Source: Octopus bimaculoides (Eukaryota). Taken from it: 64,000 nucleotides of DNA. The DNA is taken from the NCBI RefSeq assembly GCF_001194135.2, contig NC_068983.1, forward strand, positions 105,695,610-105,759,609, read 5' to 3'. The notes beneath the pieces were generated by a model that saw only the letters and a program-made list of their open reading frames with translations, ran no database searches and was not told the DNA's origin. Of this stretch, positions 58,590 through 64,000 are shown piece by piece. The stretch's first letter is position 1, and each line of letters begins with the position of its first letter. The translations under genes and the position numbers were made by a program.

Positions 58590-61500
58590 CAGATGTATAT
58601 AGTTTTAGATAGCTTGGTGGGCCAATGTACACGGCAACCACTACGAGTCATAGTGACATATGTAGATGGAGGAGGGGTCAGTGTGTGTGATGGTGTTGGT
58701 GGTGGTTGCAGCGGAGTAATGTTTGTTTTTTGTTGTACTGTGAATGTGAGGTGTATGAGGTGGTATTGTATCACTGTCTGTGTATGTCTGCTTAAGCCTC
58801 TCTCTTGAGACAGTTTCCTTTTTACCATTAATGTCTATGGTATATAGTTTGTCTGTGTGTGACAGGATGCGATAGGCTTCCATGCATGAAGACGTGAGAG
58901 GAGTTTTCACAGCGTTATTTTGTAGAAACACATTGGTCCAAGAATCAATGTCTTTTGGAACTGATAATTTAATGGTTTGGTGTCGTGTTGACATGGGTGG
59001 CAGTTCTTGCATCTATTTGCAAAGTCTGTGTATGTACATAGTGGGGTTTTGTGTGGACAGACCCACTGGGGTCAACATCTGGCCTGGTAACTGAAAAGGT
59101 GTGCCATAAACAAGTTCTGCTGGGGAATAACTGAGATCCTCCTTTATCGAGGTTCAACAGCCAAGAAGGACTATTGGAAGATATTCACTCCAACACTGCT
59201 GATCTGGGTGGAATCGTTCCACCATACCATTGGATTGTGGATGGTAACTGGTGGTTTGAATCCAACATGTACCTATGGTCTTCGTGAACTTGTGGAAGAG
59301 TTGCGATTTAAACTGTTTTCCACAGTTGGTAGTGATGGTGGTAGGGACTTCGTACTATAATATCCATCCTGTGAGAAAAGCTTTGACAGCAGATACTGCA
59401 GTGACATCTACTAAAGAAATAGCTTCTGGCCAACATGTGAAACGATCAATGCGGGTGAGCAGGTAGGTATATCCCTGGCTGACTGGCCAAGGTCTGACAA
59501 GGTCGATGAGTACATGGTTGAAATGCACATCTGGTGTGTTGAATGTGCCAAGGGGTGCACGGATGTGCCTATGCACCTTTGACTTCTGACAGAAAAGGCA
59601 GGAGCGTGACCAAGCAGTGATGTCTCATCTCATATTTGGTCAAAAGAATCTAGCCAAAATGAGTTTTACTGTGGCGGTGACACCAGGGTGTGACAGGTTA
59701 TGCAGTGTGCTGAAGACTGTTTGCCTGTCGGTCTCCAGAACAAAAGGACAAGGAGAATTCATGAAAGTATTGCACAAAATCTGTGCGTCAGCTGTGGGTA
59801 CTGGGAAGTAATTGAAGTTGCATGTGGTAAAGGCAGGTGAGGATATATCGATTGTCTTTAAGTGAGGTTGATCTTTAGCCAGGAGATGCAGGTTGATATC
59901 TGTGGGTGATGATAGTGAATTCAGTGGTAGGCGTGATAAGGCATCTGCTGCAGTGTTATCTACACAAGAGATATGGCGGATGTTGGCAGTAAATTGGGAA
60001 ATGAAATCCAAGTGCCTGGTTTTTCATGTAGAGTACTTGTCAGGCTTCAAGTGCAGGGCAAAGGTGAGTGGACGGTGGTCTGTAAAAATCGTGAATTGGC
60101 ATCCCTCGAGTGTGTGCCAGGAATGTTTGACTGCTAAATACATAGCTAACAGCTCCTGTCCGAAAGTGCTATAGTGAGTTTCAGCTGGTTTAAGCTAGTG
60201 AGAGGAAAGGCAAGAGGCTGGAGTTGTTGCTGGTGAAATTGTTGTAACAATGCGCCTATGGCAGTGTTGGATGCCAAGGGATAGCTAGCATCCCTTGGCA
60301 TCACTACAAGGGATAGCTGAGTATCCATGATGGGGTGGGCAAGAAGTGATGCCTGAGCGAGTTGCTGCTTTGCTGTGTTGAAGGAATCAAATTGGATGGA
60401 GTCCAATGCTATTGGCTCATTCCTCTTTTTCCTATTCTGAAGGAGTGTGTTTAACAGATAATGGATTTCAGCTGAATGAGGAAAAAAGTGCCAATAGAAG
60501 TTGAATAGTCCCGAGAAATGTCAGAGCTGATGTAATGAGGTGGGTGGAGGTAACTCCTGCAATGCCTTTACCTTGTCAGGCAGTGGCGATATGCCTTTGG
60601 GGCTGATAATGTGACCTAAGAAGGTCAAAGAAGATGCACCAAAAACACATTTGGTAGAGTTGATCGGCACTTAGTAAGTCTAGAATCGCTCGAACAGCTG
60701 ATGTACATGATGAAGATGTTCCTTGGGTGAGGCACTAGCTATCAAAATGTCGTCGATGTACATATAAACGAAGTCTAAGTCTCAGACAACTTCATCTATG
60801 AACTTTTGAAATGTACTGGCTGAATTCCGTAAACCAAATGGCATAGTTAGGAATTCAAAGATGCCAAAAGGAGTGGTTACGACAGTCTTTGGAATATCCT
60901 CTGAATTCACAGGAATCTGATGGTATGCCTTAATCAAGTCCAGTTTGGTGAATACTCTGCAGTTGTGGTGAGATGATGCAAAACCCTGATTCTGGGGTAT
61001 TGGGTGCCTGTCTAGAACTGTGATGGAGTTTAACCACCTGTAGTCATCAGTGGGCTGCCAGTCCCTGGAATGCTTTGGAACCATGTGCAAGGGTGACACC
61101 CAGGAGCTATTAGAGGGATGGATTATACCCAACTGGAGCATGTGGTTAAATTCCACCTGGGCCGCCTTTAGCTTCTCTGAGGAGAGGCAGTGAGGGTGAG
61201 AAAAACTGGAGCATCTTTAGTTTCGATGAAATGGGTGGTGGTGTGAGTTGGAGCAGCAGTAAAAAAATTTAGGTTAGTCAGCTCTGGATATGAGTTCAAG
61301 AGTGTATGGTATGGGTTGTCCATGGCAGCAATGAAAAAGATTGGACTAACTGCAGGGGTTAGTGGCCTTTTACCTGGGATAGAAAGTTCTGTGGTCGCGT
61401 CCCATAAGCATCGAGTGCGCATGTCCACAAGCTAATGGAAGTGGTGCAAAATGTCTGCACCTAATGTTGGGTAAGAGAGATCTGCGGCTGTAAAAATCTA

Positions 61501-62671
61501 CTTGAAGTTACGTCGCAGATCTAGATCCAACGAATGAGATATCTGGCTGAAAGTTGGAATCGGTGAATGGTTCACTGTCTGTAGAGTCACTAGTGATAAC
61601 AGTGGTTTATCTGTGAGGAGTTTTAACAGCCAGATACTGCAGGCAGCACCTGTATCTATAAGGCAGTTGGTGTGGGATATCTAGTCTGTTATGAAAAATG
61701 CACGATTGGCCACTGGCTGCTGCAGAGAATGTATCATGCTCAATTCTCTGGTTGGTTGTTTTCCTGTTGAGAAAAAGTACAGGGTTGGGTACATTTACGT
61801 GCTGAAGCTCCAAACTTTGCATGGTACCAGCATATGGATGAATGAGCAGAGGACGAGTGATGGCAAGGTGAGAAGGAGCGATTGAAAGAACGCTGTCTTG
61901 ATGAATGTGACCTGGAAGGAGTTGCATTTCTCTCGTTAATTCAGCTATTGCCTTTAGGATAGCAGCTGAGGCAAGGTCCTTATTAGTGGAAACTGATGCT
62001 ACTAGTGGGTGTGAGTAGGTATCCAGTGGTACTGGGATCGGCTTAGTGGTGTTGCCGGTGTACTCTATGGAGGCTATTTGTTTGATGGGAGTCGTCTCCA
62101 CCATAGAGGCTTGAACATTAGAGGGCAACCAGGAAAAAAGTAGTTGTTTCAATAAAGCACTATCAGCAGGTGCATTTTGGGCCAATTCCTTTATGCAGAG
62201 CAAAAGTTGTGAGGGTTTGTCATTGATGAGGGTTTGAGATTTTCTTTCTTCTGACAAGGACGTGCATTGAAAAATCTCCTGCTTAATGCTCCTATATGTG
62301 GCATCATGTGGGAGTTCAGTTATCAGGTCCCTCACAGTGGTTGTCAGGGATGGTGGTATTGTGTCAAGTAATATATGGAGCTGTTGGGCTTCGGAGACAA
62401 TATTGTTCGTGGTAAACGTTGATTCAATCTGTGAGAACCACACTTTCACATCACCTGTAAAACAAGGTAAAGAACTGTTATTCATGGTGAGATGTGTAAC
62501 AGAAAGATGTCAATTACTGGGGAAAAGTTTGTAAAATGGTATGTGGTTGTACTGTTAGATGTAACGGATAGCTCAGGCAGCTGTGTTGTGTCCACGTGGG
62601 GTATTCAAAATTAGCGTGCATGTGTTTCCTTAGTAACACACATTTTTCTTTGAACGAGGCATCTGATGAAC

Positions 62672-62708
<37 letters not shown>

Positions 62709-62746
62709 CATGTATATATATAAATATTTTCATATCGGAGTCACCT
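58590..62746 (-). mobile_element. Decayed Ty3/Gypsy LTR retrotransposon internal region (gag-PR-RT-RH-IN)
   Basis: gag VWFSQIESTF (62485-), protease CLIDTGA (~61650), RT SPLHMVPK / LDLIKAYHQ / MPFGLRN / YIDDIL (61156-60745), RNase H YSTFGQELLA...FTDHRPL, integrase zinc finger and LIDLVRP...IDRFTCWPEA, C-terminal TRSGCRVHWP. Many stops and frameshifts. Confidence 0.93.
62730..62746 (-). other. Degenerate primer-binding site, tRNA-Trp-like
   Basis: Minus strand AGGTGACTCCGATATGA, compared with TGGTGACCCCGACGTGA (complement of the tRNA-Trp 3' end), directly inside the putative 5' LTR. Confidence 0.55.
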
Positions 62747-62749
62747 TTT

Positions 62750-63551
62750 CATAGTGGCTGTCATTGACTGTTCAAGTGCGTATTATTACAAGGAAAAAAA
62801 GTTACTATAAATCACCATAAGACATTTTTGTGTATAAATATATTGTTTATTCTGTGTTCACCTTTTGTGGTCGAAGCATGTAGTATGATACAAAAACGTG
62901 TGTTTACAGACAAAGAAAGTTCTGATTTTTTTTCTTTTGCACTGAAAGAAGTATTACAGTTTGTATGCAAGTGTGTAATGAGAGCAGTCATTTTGAAAAT
63001 GCGTGCAATAAAATATCTTCGTTTACGAACCATATATCTTGTGTCGAGGTGAATAAACATGTGAGTTGCGTGTGGAGCTGCAGAGAAGGCATGTATTTTT
63101 GCACGAAACTTGGCAGGAACTGAGAGTTCCTACAGTATAGCTCAGAACGAGGTTAGTGTCTCAGAACGAGGCTAGTGTCTCAGAACGAGGCTACTGTATC
63201 AAAGTCAGGCTAGTGTATCAAAGCGAGGCTAGACGCCTCAGCGATATATTCGTCTGCTGTGCAGGTTGACTCACATATCACTTTGTAATATGTAGCTCTG
63301 GTACAGTAACAACCAAAGTGCTTCTAACATCGCCAGAAAGTTTCAAAAGAAAAAGAATCTAGTTTCATTTTGTTGCCGAGTCATAACAACTAATGGAGTA
63401 CATATTTTTAAACCTTCATTTTAATGTACCTAACTATTGAGTTCCGTGTTTTTACGTCGATAAAACGAAAGCTGCCTTTATTATTGATTGTTGACGAGTT
63501 TTACGGATTATTAACAATTATTTATTTACCTCTCACTTTGTAACCACTACA
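62750..63551 (-). repeat. Putative 5' LTR of the Gypsy element
   Basis: Bounded by CATAGTGG (mutated TGTAGTGG) next to the PBS and by ACCACTACA at 63543-63551. Shares ~120 bp with 58163-58278. Confidence 0.5.
63141..63235. repeat. 19-bp tandem repeat, 5 diverging copies
   Basis: ctcagaacgaggttagtgt, ctcagaacgaggctagtgt, ctcagaacgaggctactgt, atcaaagtcaggctagtgt, atcaaagcgaggctagacg. Confidence 0.9.
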
Positions 63552-63716
63552 GTTCGTTTTCTTTTGCCTGTCATATTACATGTTCAAAGTTCGAAAAATC
63601 GCCCAAAACGGTTAACGTGACCATTAATTAGAAACAAACTATCGTCATTGGTAGGTAGGTTTAAGAAATATAAATGCAGTAGACATTCATAGGCATGATT
63701 TAATATTGATAAACAC

Positions 63717-63767
<51 letters not shown>

Positions 63768-64000
63768 CACACACACACATATACGTTTATTATCTATCTA
63801 TCTCTATATATATATATACACACACACACACGCACACATACTGACAGGCCAAGCACACAAGTGTGCATACACATAAATACAGAAAGAACGACAAAAACAG
63901 CTCATACAACGCGCATACAGAAGACGAACGTTTACCGTTTCAGGAACGTAGAGAGAAAGATAGAGAGAGAGAAAAATACAGAGTGGGAGAGAAAGTGATA

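Noticed and set aside
59275-62534. Plus-strand ORFs over the Gypsy region
   Set aside because: Antisense shadows of the minus-strand gag/pol remnants.
63141-63235. Regular short repeats as a CRISPR array
   Set aside because: Units are contiguous with no unique spacers, there are no cas genes, and the context is eukaryotic.

Overview
AT-rich animal genomic DNA from a gapped short-read-type assembly (five N runs, several next to (TA)n). The SINE/LINE families look like those I recall from octopus (coleoid cephalopod) genomes; that taxonomic call is recollection, not a search. Two spliced protein-coding genes lie tail-to-tail. (1) A MEIOC-like gene on + has six coding exons (2913-12346) with consistent GT-AG phases; its 5' exon(s) were not found. 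(2) A CENP-L-like gene on - is almost invisible in the ORF track. I rebuilt it by hand from 11 small coding exons (52291 down to 29901) into an unbroken 312-aa frame. A ~10 kb stretch after the MEIOC stop has no recognisable repeats. The rest is dense with tRNA-derived SINEs, RTE and CR1/Jockey LINE remnants, three Tc1/mariner subfamilies, MITEs, a hAT fragment and a decayed Ty3/Gypsy provirus (58.6-63.6 kb). I found no CRISPR array, rRNA or true tRNA gene, and I cannot demonstrate a wholly new biological system. The best leads are the cryptic CENP-L gene and its splicing features, the repeat-free region after MEIOC, and a Gypsy/SINE chimera.
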